DNA of 64,000 nt. It comes from Desulfobacterales bacterium. Its GTDB lineage: Bacteria > Desulfobacterota > Desulfobacteria > Desulfobacterales > UBA5852. The position numbers were made by a program, and so were the translations under genes. The stretch is taken from NCBI GenBank assembly GCA_963674755.2, contig CAXXVS010000002.1, forward strand, positions 2,528,001 through 2,592,000, written 5' to 3'. Positions within the stretch are counted from its first letter, which is position 1. Every line of letters begins with the position of its first letter. Below, in pieces: positions 49,297 to 59,100 of the stretch. The notes beneath the pieces are model-generated. The model had not been told where the DNA came from. It searched no databases and saw only the letters and a list, made by a program, of their open reading frames with translations.

Positions 49297-49521
49297 GCCC
49301 CGTCATAGGGGATTTGAAAAAGGTTTTTTCTGCCTTTGGTTTTCATGCTTCCCTTTGCCCCGCGCTGAGCATCGACGGGGCGGAGGGTTAAGCGGGACAC
49401 GGGCGTTTTCTTTCAGCTTCCTTTTCTTTCACGGGAAAGAAAAGGAAGAGACTATCTTTGAAATGCACCACGGATCGATATCCCCTCTCTGGGTCCTCCA
49501 CCAGAGGTGGCGGGTGTAGAT
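49295..49521 (+). repeat. Structured repeat family A, copy 5 (left block missing)
   Basis: TTCCCTTTGCCCCGCGCTGAGCATCG, AGGGTTAAGCGGGACACGGGCG, the 14-bp hairpin identical to copy 1 and the right block. Confidence 0.85.
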
Positions 49522-49593
49522 CGAAACTAAGGCCGTGGTCGGCCGTACAACGTGCCCTTCCCTGAAGCCCCCGCCGCCGCCCAAGGAGGCGCC

Positions 49594-50430
49594 ATGGATT
49601 CCGATCGAATCAAAGAACTGATGCCCGACGAGCTCCGGCAGCTGCTGGCCCGCACCCGGGAGAAGCGCTACGCCCTGATCGACGTCCGGCAACCGGGAGA
49701 ATATGCCGTGGCCCATATTCCCGGGGCCACCCTGCTGCCCCTGATGGAGCTGGAGGAGCGTCTGTTCGATCTGCCGGCCGACCGGGAGCTCATCTTCTAT
49801 TGCAGTGCGGGACCGCGCTCCGCAATCGCCGCGGCCCTGGCCGCCGAGGCCGAACTTTCCAATCTGCCGATTTATACTCTGGTGGGCGGCATGCTGGCCT
49901 GGGACGGCCACAAGATCGCCGATTTCCCCCGGGTGCAGGTCTTCGACCAGGCCCGCAGCCTGCCGGACATGCTGCTGACGGCCATGGATCTCGAAAAGGG
50001 CGCCTATCGCTACTACCGCGCCATCCTGGATCGCTTCGATGCCCTGCCCTTTCGTTCCGTGATCGAACACTTGTCCCGGGCGGAAGAAGCCCACGCCCAC
50101 ATGATCTACGCCCTCTGGCAACCGAATCAAGCCGACCCGCCGCCTTTCGAAGCCCTCTTCGACGACCTGCTCGGCGATATCCTGGAGGGCGGCGCAACGT
50201 TAAAGGAGGCCCTCGATCACCTCCAGGCCTTGCATTCGGATAACCATATCCCTATCCTGGAATTGTCCCTCAGCATCGAATACCGGGCCTACGATCTCTA
50301 TCGCAGCCTGGCCGAACGCACTGCGGACGCCCATGTCAGAGACAATCTGCTGACCATCGCCCAGGCGGAGAAATCCCACATGCGGCAGTTGCAGCAGGCC
50401 CTGGCCGACAGCTTTAAACCCGCGCCTTAA
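49594..50430 (+). CDS. Rhodanese plus ferritin-like (rubrerythrin) domain protein
   Basis: LIDVRQPGEY..AHIPGA, YCSAGPRS and LVGGMLAW; ExxH motifs EEAH and EKSH. Confidence 0.9.
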   Translation: MDSDRIKELMPDELRQLLARTREKRYALIDVRQPGEYAVAHIPGATLLPLMELEERLFDLPADRELIFYCSAGPRSAIAAALAAEAELSNLPIYTLVGGMLAWDGHKIADFPRVQVFDQARSLPDMLLTAMDLEKGAYRYYRAILDRFDALPFRSVIEHLSRAEEAHAHMIYALWQPNQADPPPFEALFDDLLGDILEGGATLKEALDHLQALHSDNHIPILELSLSIEYRAYDLYRSLAERTADAHVRDNLLTIAQAEKSHMRQLQQALADSFKPAP

Positions 50431-50473
50431 CCGACCTGTTGCGCAAAGGCGCACAATTCTGAACGGTGCCGCC

Positions 50474-52111
50474 ATGTCCCTATCCGAATCCCCTGGGTGC
50501 CAGGTTCTTGATTACCACGAGCGAACCAAGCACCACTTCCATCGCTTTGCCCGCTCGGCCGGTTATATGGATTGGGACAACCAGCCGGCCCCCTTCCGAA
50601 CCTATACCGGGACGCGCTCGATCCCCCTGCCCCTGGTCGGCAGCGACCCTTCCCTGGAGTACGCCGCCCTGTTCCAGCCGGCCGCGGGCCTACCGATGCC
50701 CTGGGAGCTTGCCCCCATCGGCTTGCTCTTCGAACTCGCCATGGGGCTCTCTGCCTGGAAAGCCTTAGCCGGCCAGCGCTGGGCCCTGCGCATGAACCCC
50801 TCCAGCGGCAATCTGCACCCCACCGAGGCCCATATTATCGCCCTCGGTTTCCGGGACCTGCCCGACGGTCTCTATCACTACCATCCCCTGGCGCATGCCC
50901 TGGAGGAGAGGGCCCGGCTCTCGCCGGCCCAGGCCTCCGCCCTGGCACCGCACCTCGGCGCGCCCTGTGGCCTGGTGGCCCTCACCAGCATTTTCTGGCG
51001 TGAAGCCTGGAAATACGGGGAGCGCGCCTTGCGCTACTGCCAGCACGACGTGGGCCACGCCCTGGCGGCCCTGCGCCTGGCCGCCCGGATCTTAAACTGG
51101 CGGCTGGTGCGTCTGGCAGCCGCGGACGACGATATCAGCACCGCCCTGGGGTTGGATCGCACCCCCTGGCCGCCCCAGGAAAGCGAAGCACCGGCCCTGA
51201 TCGCCACCCTGCGCCCGGCCGGCGATGCTCGTCCGCCACAGATCTTCCCGGCCGAAGCCGCCCGGATTCTGGGAACCGTCGAGATTATGGGGCGTCCGAA
51301 CCGGCTCAGCCCGGAGCACCGGGATTGGGATATCATTCCCCAGACCGCCGCCGCCTGCTGCTGCCCACAGCAAACGGTAGCCCCGCCGCCGATAGAAACA
51401 GCGCCGGATACGCCCATTGCCGGTCCGCCACCGGCCGGCCTCCGAGCGGCCGCCATTATTAGGCAGCGGCGCAGCGCCCAGGCCTTCGATCCCCAGGGGC
51501 AGCTCGACCGGGACGCTTTCCTGGGCCTGCTGGACCGGACCCGGCCGCGGCCGGCCGGCCCGCCCTTCGATGCCCTAAACGGACCGGCGCGCATCAGCCT
51601 GGTGCTTTTCGTACACCGCGTCCGGGACGTACCTCCCGGGCTGTATGCCTTCATCCGCCATCCCTCTCATCTGGCGGATCTGCGCCGAGCCACCTCGTCC
51701 GCTTTTGCCTGGGATTGCCCGGAGAGCGGTTTTCCGCTCTACCTCCTGGAGCCGGGCGATGTTCGGGCCGAGGCCATCGACCTTTCCTGCCGGCAGGAGA
51801 TCGGCGGCTTCAGTTGCTTTTCCCTGGGCATGTTAGCCCGCTTTGAAGCGCAAGTGCGCGACACGCCCTGGGTCTACCGGGAGCTCTTCTGGGAAGCCGG
51901 CCTGATCGGCCAGGTGCTCTATCTGGAAGCCGAGGCCCGCGGAGTGCGGGGCACGGGCATCGGCTGCTATTTCGACGATGCCGTCCACGAACGCCTCGGC
52001 CTCCAGGACCATATCTGGCAGAGCCTCTACCATTTCACCGTCGGTGTCCCCATCGAGGATTCGCGTCTGCAGACCCTGCCGCCCTATTTCCATCGCGCTC
52101 CCGATCGATAG
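50474..52111 (+). CDS. SagB/ThcOx-type nitroreductase family protein
   Basis: YHERTKH, LRMNPSSGNLHPTE, WKYGERA.RY and GIGCYFDD motifs. Confidence 0.9.
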   Translation: MSLSESPGCQVLDYHERTKHHFHRFARSAGYMDWDNQPAPFRTYTGTRSIPLPLVGSDPSLEYAALFQPAAGLPMPWELAPIGLLFELAMGLSAWKALAGQRWALRMNPSSGNLHPTEAHIIALGFRDLPDGLYHYHPLAHALEERARLSPAQASALAPHLGAPCGLVALTSIFWREAWKYGERALRYCQHDVGHALAALRLAARILNWRLVRLAAADDDISTALGLDRTPWPPQESEAPALIATLRPAGDARPPQIFPAEAARILGTVEIMGRPNRLSPEHRDWDIIPQTAAACCCPQQTVAPPPIETAPDTPIAGPPPAGLRAAAIIRQRRSAQAFDPQGQLDRDAFLGLLDRTRPRPAGPPFDALNGPARISLVLFVHRVRDVPPGLYAFIRHPSHLADLRRATSSAFAWDCPESGFPLYLLEPGDVRAEAIDLSCRQEIGGFSCFSLGMLARFEAQVRDTPWVYRELFWEAGLIGQVLYLEAEARGVRGTGIGCYFDDAVHERLGLQDHIWQSLYHFTVGVPIEDSRLQTLPPYFHRAPDR

Positions 52112-52336
52112 CGACCGCACCCGACGCCACAGACCCCGATCTGGAATTGCCCCCGTCCGGGGGCGTGTCTCCCGGCCCCCGCTGATTTCCCCTTGTGCCC
52201 GCTTCCGAAAACCGCTATGCCGCTTTGGGTGGGAATGCCCCCTAAAACACCTCTTGCCAAACCAAGGCCTGATTCCTGCGGAGAAAAACATTTGGACACC
52301 ACCCCTCTGAAAAACCGCGACTGCCTGAGCCGCCCC

Positions 52337-53395
52337 ATGGAGGGAAACGTCATCCGCCGGGACCTCCACGACTGGTACCGCAAAAACCTCCGCCGTCTGC
52401 CCTGGCGGGAGACCCGCGACCCTTACGGCATCTGGCTGTCGGAAGTCATGTTGCAGCAAACCCAGGTCAAAACCGCCATTCCCTACTACAACCGTTTCGT
52501 GGCGGCCTATCCGGACATCGCCCGCCTGGCCCGGGCCGCCCCCCAGGCCGTTCTGAAACTCTGGGAGGGCCTGGGCTACTACCGCCGGGCCCACCATCTC
52601 ATGGAAGCCGCCCGGATCATCGTCCGGGAGTGGGACGGCCAGGTGCCGGACCGGCGCGAGGCTTTCCGTTCCCTGCCGGGGGTTGGGGACTACATCGCCA
52701 ATGCGGTCATGAGCATCGCCTTCAACCAGCCCTGGGCCGTGGTGGACGGCAATGTCAAACGGGTTTTGGCACGCCTGTTCGGCATCGCTGAACCGGTCAA
52801 CCGCCCCGGGTCCCACGCCTGCTACCAGGCCGTCGCCGACCGCCTCCTGGACCATGCCGATCCGGCCCTCCACAACCAGGCCGTCATGGAACTGGGAGCC
52901 CTGGTCTGCACCCCCCGCCGTCCGTCCTGCCCGACCTGCCCGCTGACGGATTCATGTAAGGCCTGGCGGGAGGGTGTGGTGGACCGCTACCCGCTGCGGG
53001 ACCGCAAGGCCGCCGTGCCGGAACACGCCCTGGTGGCCGGGATAGTTTTAAAACGGGGCAAACTGCTGTTGCTGCGGCGCCCTGACGAGGGATTTCTGGG
53101 CGGTCTGTGGGAGTTTCCGGGAGGACGCCGCCGGCCCCGCGAAACGGCCGGCCAGGCCTGCCAGCGGACCATCAGGGACCACACCGGCCTGTCGGTAGCC
53201 GTGGGGGACCCCATCGCCCGGGTGCGGCATGCCTATACCCATTTCAAGATTACCATGGAGGTGATGGCCTGCCGCTGGCAGGCGGGCCGGGTGCGGCTGA
53301 ACGGGTCGGCCGCCTTTCGCTGGGTACCCCCGGACGAACTTCAGGACTTCCCCCTACCCGGAGCGGTGAAAAAGGTGCTCCCCTACCTGGGGTGA
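52337..53395 (+). CDS. mutY: A/G-specific adenine glycosylase
   Basis: SEVMLQQT, WEGLGYY, LPGVG HhH, VDGNV, Cx6Cx2Cx5C and a NUDIX-like C-terminal domain. Confidence 0.96.
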   Translation: MEGNVIRRDLHDWYRKNLRRLPWRETRDPYGIWLSEVMLQQTQVKTAIPYYNRFVAAYPDIARLARAAPQAVLKLWEGLGYYRRAHHLMEAARIIVREWDGQVPDRREAFRSLPGVGDYIANAVMSIAFNQPWAVVDGNVKRVLARLFGIAEPVNRPGSHACYQAVADRLLDHADPALHNQAVMELGALVCTPRRPSCPTCPLTDSCKAWREGVVDRYPLRDRKAAVPEHALVAGIVLKRGKLLLLRRPDEGFLGGLWEFPGGRRRPRETAGQACQRTIRDHTGLSVAVGDPIARVRHAYTHFKITMEVMACRWQAGRVRLNGSAAFRWVPPDELQDFPLPGAVKKVLPYLG

Positions 53396-53446
53396 CCAGG
53401 TGCAGTCCCCGTGATTCGGTGGGGAAAGGCGTCGATGCCCGGCTGG

Positions 53447-53463
53447 TTGGCACATCCCGCGCA
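53447..53463 (+). promoter_or_regulatory. Possible sigma54 promoter
   Basis: TTGGCACATCCCGCGCA has GG-N10-GC spacing with an imperfect -12 element. Confidence 0.35.
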
Positions 53464-53527
53464 AATATGATATGTGCCGGCGGCCGTGGGCGACGAACTT
53501 ATGGCCATACATGTTGAGGGGGTTTCA

Positions 53528-54934
53528 ATGAGCGCAAAGACACACTACGACGTCATCATCGTGGGCGGTGGCCCGGCCGGCCTGTTTGCGGCCTATTACC
53601 TGGCCGAGCATTCCGACCTGGATATCCTGCTGCTGGAAAAAGGCAAGATGCCCCACCAGCGCCATTGCCCCATCAGCGACAGCCAGCAGTGCATCAAATG
53701 CCAGCCCTGCAATATTTTGAACGGCATCGGCGGGGCCGGGCTGTTTTCCGACGGCAAGCTCAACTACATCCACAAGCTGGGCAAGACCGATCTGACTCAA
53801 TTCTTGAACCGCACCGCCGCCGAGGCCCTGATCGACGAGACCGAGCTGATCTTCAACCGCTTCGGCATGGACGGCCCCACTTTTCCCACGGACATGGCCG
53901 AGGCCCGGCGCCTGCGCAAGGAAGCCAAAAAGTACGGCATCGACCTGCTCATCATCAAACAAAAACACCTGGGCAGCGACTGCCTGCCCCGGCACATCAC
54001 GGCCCTGGCCGAGCATATCGCCCGGCGGGTCGACATCCACACCGGCGAGGCCGTGGAAGACGTCCTGGTGGAAAACGGCGCCGTGACCGGGGTGCGCACG
54101 CCCCGGCAGACCTATCAAACCAGGCGGGTCATCCTGGCCCCGGGCCGGGTGGGGGCCAACTGGGTCTCCCAGCTCGTTCAGGGGCTGGGGATCGCCGTCT
54201 CCCAGCGGGGCATCGAAGTGGGCGTGCGGGTGGAGGTCCACAACGACATCATGAAGGATCTCTGCGATGTGATCTACGACCCCACTTTTTTTATCCAGAC
54301 CCAGAAATACGACGATCAGACCCGCACCTTCTGCACCAACATGGGGGGCTATGTGGCCCTGGAAAACTACCAGGATTTCGTCTGCGTCAACGGACACGCC
54401 TATCAGAATAAAAAGTCGGAAAACTGCAATTTCGCTTTTCTCTCCAAGGTCGTGCTCACCGAACCGGTGACCGACAACCAGGCCTACGGCGAATCCATCG
54501 GCAAGCTGGCCTCCATCATCGGCGGCGGCAAACCTATTTTGCAGCGCTTCGGCGATCTTAAGCGCGGCCGGCGCAGCACCTGGAACCGGGTCAGCAAGGG
54601 CTATATCGACCCCACCCTGGGGAACGTGGTCTGCGGCGACATCGCCATGGCCCTGCCGGAGCGCATCTTGAGCAACCTGATCGAAGGCCTGGAAAAGCTC
54701 AACCTGATGATTCCCGGCGTCTCCAATGACGAGACCCTGCTCTATGCCCCGGAAATCAAATTTTTCGCCACCCAGGTGGACACCGACCACAACCTGCAGA
54801 CCCCGGTGCAGGGCATGTACGTGGCCGGTGACGGACCGGGCGTGGCCGGGAATATCGTCTCCGCCAGCGCCACCGGGCTCATTCCGGCCAAGGCCATTGT
54901 GGCGGAAAGCGGACATCGAGAGGAGGGGCGTTAG
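53528..54934 (+). CDS. NAD(P)/FAD-dependent oxidoreductase (uncharacterised FAD dehydrogenase family)
   Basis: GGGPAG, GGAGLFSDGKL, GVRVE and YVAGDGPG motifs; N-terminal Cys cluster. Confidence 0.9.
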   Translation: MSAKTHYDVIIVGGGPAGLFAAYYLAEHSDLDILLLEKGKMPHQRHCPISDSQQCIKCQPCNILNGIGGAGLFSDGKLNYIHKLGKTDLTQFLNRTAAEALIDETELIFNRFGMDGPTFPTDMAEARRLRKEAKKYGIDLLIIKQKHLGSDCLPRHITALAEHIARRVDIHTGEAVEDVLVENGAVTGVRTPRQTYQTRRVILAPGRVGANWVSQLVQGLGIAVSQRGIEVGVRVEVHNDIMKDLCDVIYDPTFFIQTQKYDDQTRTFCTNMGGYVALENYQDFVCVNGHAYQNKKSENCNFAFLSKVVLTEPVTDNQAYGESIGKLASIIGGGKPILQRFGDLKRGRRSTWNRVSKGYIDPTLGNVVCGDIAMALPERILSNLIEGLEKLNLMIPGVSNDETLLYAPEIKFFATQVDTDHNLQTPVQGMYVAGDGPGVAGNIVSASATGLIPAKAIVAESGHREEGR

Positions 54935-54937
54935 ACC

Positions 54938-55309
54938 ATGGACATGGTGCTTGTGGCCGGCATCGCGGTGGGATTGATCATGGGGAGCTTCGGCTACGTC
55001 CTGGTGCGCTTCGTGCTGCGGCCGGTGATGGCCTACCGGCGGCTGAAACAACGTCTGGGGAATCCCGTCAAGGCGGCCGCCCGTGATAAAACCCTGACGG
55101 ATGAGACCCGCGACACCTTGCGGCGCACGGCCGCGGAGCTTCAGGACCTGCTGGACGAGGTGCTGCCGGTCTGGTATGCCCTCTCCCTGCAAAAACGGGA
55201 AGAGCGGCCCAAGGAGGCCGTCCCCCACCTGCAGGCCCTGGCCAATTGCCGCGAGCCGTCGGCGATCGCCCGGCGAGCGGCCGCTATCATTCAAAACCTG
55301 CGGCTGTGA
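54938..55309 (+). CDS. Hypothetical protein with N-terminal TM helix
   Basis: SD AGGAGG, starts 3 bp after the upstream stop, host-like codon usage. Confidence 0.8.
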   Translation: MDMVLVAGIAVGLIMGSFGYVLVRFVLRPVMAYRRLKQRLGNPVKAAARDKTLTDETRDTLRRTAAELQDLLDEVLPVWYALSLQKREERPKEAVPHLQALANCREPSAIARRAAAIIQNLRL

Positions 55310-55480
55310 CCGGCCGGTCCCTGAAGTCAATGGAAGGGTACGGTTTATGACAGGATGGTGTCAAAAAATGTCACTTTAAAACAGAATCATATTCATCGAT
55401 GATTCTGTTTTTATCAAATAACATATAGATATATCAGTATTTATTGATCCAAAAGGTCGCCTGCCGAATCTGCCCGGATG

Positions 55481-55497
55481 CAGGCATGGGATTTGCA
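55481..55497 (+). promoter_or_regulatory. Sigma54 promoter upstream of the YcbK-family gene
   Basis: CAGGCATGGGATTTGCA = GG-N10-GC with TTGCA, preceded by an AT-rich tract. Confidence 0.55.
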
Positions 55498-55587
55498 AAA
55501 ACCAGCGTAACTTTTACAAAAAGCGGAATGATCGCGCCCACGCCGGATTCGTGAACGCCCATTGACTTCCCAAGACCTTACGATAGG

Positions 55588-56193
55588 ATGACTGGCATGA
55601 CTGAAACAGTGCGAACGCAACCGACGCCTTCCCGGTCGAACGACCGCACCCATCTCTCCCGCCGACGTTTTCTCCAACTGGGCACCTTGCTGGCCGCCGG
55701 ACTGGTCCTGCCCAAATCCCTGTATGCAACGCCCCGCCCGAAAGAGCGGGGCGAACGGTCCCTCAAGTTTTTCAACACCCACACCCGCGAACATCTGGAA
55801 GTTTGCTATTGCCGGGACGGCCATTACGACCAGGATGCCATCAGGGCCGTGAATACGATTTTGCGCGACCACCGCACGGATGAAGTCCACCCCATCGACC
55901 TGGGCCTCCTGGACTTGCTGCACACCATCCGCACCAAAGTCGGTCACGACAGCTGCCTGCATATCATCTCAGGCTACCGCTCACCGGCCACCAATGCCAT
56001 GCTGCGGCGCCACAGCAGCGGCGTGGCCCGCAAAAGCCTGCACATGCAAGGCTTTGCGGCCGACATCCGCATCCCGGGAATTCGCACCGGGGCCCTGCGT
56101 AAAATCGCCCTGGCCCTGCACCGGGGCGGGGTCGGCTACTACCCCAAATCCGACTTTGTCCATGTGGACGTCGGCCGCGTGCGCACCTGGTAG
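55588..56193 (+). CDS. YcbK/MepK (DUF882, peptidase M15) family protein
   Basis: Tat SRRRFL, LRDHR, ISGYRS, SLHMQGFAAD and FVHVDVG motifs. Confidence 0.93.
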   Translation: MTGMTETVRTQPTPSRSNDRTHLSRRRFLQLGTLLAAGLVLPKSLYATPRPKERGERSLKFFNTHTREHLEVCYCRDGHYDQDAIRAVNTILRDHRTDEVHPIDLGLLDLLHTIRTKVGHDSCLHIISGYRSPATNAMLRRHSSGVARKSLHMQGFAADIRIPGIRTGALRKIALALHRGGVGYYPKSDFVHVDVGRVRTW

Positions 56194-57957
56194 ACCTTCG
56201 GCCGGCGTCAGGTCCGGCGGCGCCGCTTTTTCACGCAAGGCCCGCATGAGGGGCGCATCCCGTCCGTAAATATCCTCCCGAAAGAAAACCGTACCGTCCG
56301 TATCCGCCCAGGCCGTCCAGTAGAGCAGATGAACCGGGATCGGCCGCTGGAGCCGCACGATCCGGTGCTCACCGTCCCCCAGACGTTCCGTTATGGTCTT
56401 GCGGTCCCACCCGGCCGTCCCGTCCAGAACGAATTCCGCCAGGGTGGCGGGATCCTCCACCCGGATACAACCGGAGCTGAAGTCCCGCGTCACCCTGTTG
56501 AACAATCCCCTGGCGGGGGTGTCGTGAAGATAGACGGCGTGCGGGTTGGGGAACATGAATTTGATCCGTCCGAGGGCGTTCTTGGGACCCGGCGCCTGCT
56601 GCAGGCGGATGGGGAAATAGTTCTGGTTGAGAGAGGCCCAGTCCACCTCACTGGGCGAGAGCATCACGGCGTCCTCCGACCAGCCGGAAAAAATCCGGAT
56701 ACCCTCCCGCTCAAGATAGGCGGGATCCTTTCTGACCCGCGGCAGAATGTCCTCGACGGCCAGTCGCCGGGGGACGTTCCAGAAGGGGTTGAATTCCAGA
56801 TAGGTCATGGTGCCGCTGAAAACCGGGGTCTTGCGATAGTTGCGGCCCACCACCACGCGCATGGTGCCCCGCACCCGTCCCTCGTCCACCATGGTCAGGG
56901 AGAAATCGGCAATGTTGACCACGATATAGCGCGGCCCCAAGTCGTGGGGAATCCAACGCCAGCGCTCCATGTTGATCATCAACTGCTCGATGCGTTGCGC
57001 GACCGGGACATTCAAGGCCTGCCGCGTCTGCTTGCCCACCACGCCGTCCGCCGCCAACCCGTGGCGGTGCTGGAATCGCTTCACGGCCGCATCGAGGGGT
57101 TCGTCAAACATGGCGGGCTGTAAAACCGGCGCGGCATCTTGCAAATCGCCGGAGATCTGCAAACGCTCCCGCAGTCCTGCCACGGCCGGATCTTGGTCAC
57201 CCAACCGAAGGCTGGGCCCTTCGGCCAGCGCGGGCCAGCCGCCGGCCGCCGCGATACGGCGATAGTCGGCCAGGGCCTGGCGCAGGCCGGAATAGCTGGT
57301 GTAAGGCGGGTGCAGCCCTTGCAGCAAATGGGCCACCTGCCCCCCGTCAAGACCGTTGTTGAGGAGCTGGATAAGGTCGACTTCATGACTAAAGGCACTC
57401 CAGGCCGCATGAATCGTTTCCGGATTGACACGCCCGCCCAGAATGTGGGCGCCCAGCAGGAACACCGCATCTGTCGCCAGGAGGTCAAAGTCCGCCCGCA
57501 TGCGAGGCGTCGCAGGCCCGGCGGACGAACCGTCCGCCGTCAGTTGCTCCGCCATGGCGCGCAGGCGATTGAGGTGGTAGTCTTCAGGAGACAGCCCGTA
57601 TTCATCCACCCGGGCGATTTCCGCCAGCAGGGCCGAGGCCTGGGCCGTAGGTCTCTGGGGGGTCGACCAGACCGGTTCGTAATGCCGGCCGGCATAAAAA
57701 TCGGGAATCAGGGCAATGCCGCAAATGAGCTCGCCCCGGCAGGTGAACTGATGGTCGTTCTGACGGGTTTCGATATCTTGCCGGATCAATTGGGAAACGG
57801 CGGATCCTTCCACCGCCTCCTGCGACCGCGGCGCGCCATGGGCGCCCATGGGAATGAGGGTCAGAAACCCCACCAGTATTACCGTATGCAGGGCGTTCCC
57901 ATAATGGGGACGAGGAGCGCGGGATCGGTGCTGCCAGCCGAGGAAATTGGAACGCAT
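55981..57957 (-). CDS. L,D-transpeptidase, YcbB/LdtD family
   Basis: PG-binding domain, NMERWRW, NPFWNVP and YLHDTP...SSGCIR; the C-terminal tail overlaps the YcbK gene. Confidence 0.93.
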   Translation of the reverse strand: MRSNFLGWQHRSRAPRPHYGNALHTVILVGFLTLIPMGAHGAPRSQEAVEGSAVSQLIRQDIETRQNDHQFTCRGELICGIALIPDFYAGRHYEPVWSTPQRPTAQASALLAEIARVDEYGLSPEDYHLNRLRAMAEQLTADGSSAGPATPRMRADFDLLATDAVFLLGAHILGGRVNPETIHAAWSAFSHEVDLIQLLNNGLDGGQVAHLLQGLHPPYTSYSGLRQALADYRRIAAAGGWPALAEGPSLRLGDQDPAVAGLRERLQISGDLQDAAPVLQPAMFDEPLDAAVKRFQHRHGLAADGVVGKQTRQALNVPVAQRIEQLMINMERWRWIPHDLGPRYIVVNIADFSLTMVDEGRVRGTMRVVVGRNYRKTPVFSGTMTYLEFNPFWNVPRRLAVEDILPRVRKDPAYLEREGIRIFSGWSEDAVMLSPSEVDWASLNQNYFPIRLQQAPGPKNALGRIKFMFPNPHAVYLHDTPARGLFNRVTRDFSSGCIRVEDPATLAEFVLDGTAGWDRKTITERLGDGEHRIVRLQRPIPVHLLYWTAWADTDGTVFFREDIYGRDAPLMRALREKAAPPDLTPAEGLPGAHAADVHMDKVGFGVVADPAPVQGQGDFTQGPGANSRDADVGRKALHVQAFAGHAAAVAPQHGIGGR

Positions 57958-58115
57958 AAGAGGTTCAAAGCCTTTCGGTGTTTCAGTTGTCCCTCGGCCG
58001 CATCCGGCGGCCGGGGCGGTTGCAACGCATGAGGAATCCCAATATAAGGAGTGCGACGGAATCATTCAACCGCCGCAGACGAGAGAAAGAACCGCAACCG
58101 CAGGGATGCTTGCCG

Positions 58116-58577
58116 ATGAAATCCGCCGATCCCCATATGCACACCGCCGAACACATCCTCAACCAGACCATGGTACGCCGGCTGGGCTGCGGGCGCTGCT
58201 TCAGCGCCCACATCGAAAAGAAGAAGTCCAAGTGCGACTATCGCATTACCGCCCCTCCGACCTCCGAGGACCTGCAGGGCGTCGCGGATCAGGTCAACCG
58301 CATCATCCAGGCCGACCTGGCGGTGTGCGCCGACACCCTGCCCCGGGCGGCAGCGGCCCGGGAGTTCAACCTGGAACGCCTCCCGGACGATGCCGGCGAG
58401 ACCATCCGCATCGTCCGGGTGGGCGACTATGACGCCTGCCCCTGCCGGGGCGCCCACGTGTCGCACACCGGCGAACTGGGCGCCTTCCGCATCACCTCCT
58501 GGGATGTCGATGGCGACGTGCTGCGCATCCGTTTCAAGCTGAACCGCGCCGCCGGGCGCCCAACCGAATCCCCTTGA
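58116..58577 (+). CDS. Free-standing AlaX-like tRNA editing (tRNA_SAD) protein
   Basis: HTAEH (HxxxH) and CRGAH (CxxxH) zinc motifs. Confidence 0.85.
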   Translation: MKSADPHMHTAEHILNQTMVRRLGCGRCFSAHIEKKKSKCDYRITAPPTSEDLQGVADQVNRIIQADLAVCADTLPRAAAAREFNLERLPDDAGETIRIVRVGDYDACPCRGAHVSHTGELGAFRITSWDVDGDVLRIRFKLNRAAGRPTESP

Positions 58578-58608
58578 CAACCAAGAGCCCGGCCCCCTAT
58601 ACGGACCT

Positions 58609-59100
58609 ATGCTGAACGAACAGGAAAAGAAAGTGATTGCGGCCATCCAGGGGGATATCCCCGTCTGTGAGCGCCCCTACCGGGAATTGGCGGAACGCAT
58701 CGGCCTCACCGAAGACACCTTTCTGGCAACCCTGGTCGACCTGCGCCGACGGGATCTGATCCGGCGCTTCGGCGCCACCCTGCGCCATCAAAAATCGGGC
58801 TATGCCGCCAACGCCATGGGGGCCTGGCAGGTGGCCGAACCGCGCGTCGAGGAGGTCGGCCGGATCATGTCGGCCTGCCGGCAGATTTCCCACTGCTATC
58901 GACGCAACCCCACCGCCGATTGGCCCTACAATCTCTACACCATGATTCACGCCGAATCCGAAGCGGCCTGCTGGGATATCGCGCGTGGGATGGCCCGCCA
59001 GGCCGGGGTGGACACCTATACCCTGCTCTTCAGCCGGCGGGAGCTCAAAAAGACCTCCATGACCTATTTCACCGTGGACGACGATGACGAAGGGTCGTGA
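58609..59100 (+). CDS. ahbB: Siroheme decarboxylase subunit beta (AhbB/NirH-like)
   Basis: IRRFGATLRH, SHCYRR, WPYNLYTMIH and ELKKTS motifs. Confidence 0.88.
   Translation: MLNEQEKKVIAAIQGDIPVCERPYRELAERIGLTEDTFLATLVDLRRRDLIRRFGATLRHQKSGYAANAMGAWQVAEPRVEEVGRIMSACRQISHCYRRNPTADWPYNLYTMIHAESEAACWDIARGMARQAGVDTYTLLFSRRELKKTSMTYFTVDDDDEGS

Noticed and set aside
36546..49521. Family A or family B repeats as a CRISPR array
   Set aside because: The copies are long, dispersed and kilobases apart, with no repeat-spacer periodicity and no cas genes.
50474..52111. SagB/ThcOx gene as a RiPP (azole) biosynthetic cluster
   Set aside because: No YcaO, precursor peptide or dedicated exporter is nearby. 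It is a stand-alone nitroreductase-fold gene.
55380..55411. AACAGAATCAT-N8-ATGATTCTGTT palindrome as a mobile-element end
   Set aside because: It is a single AT-rich copy with no partner, and is more likely a terminator or regulator site upstream of the sigma54 motif.
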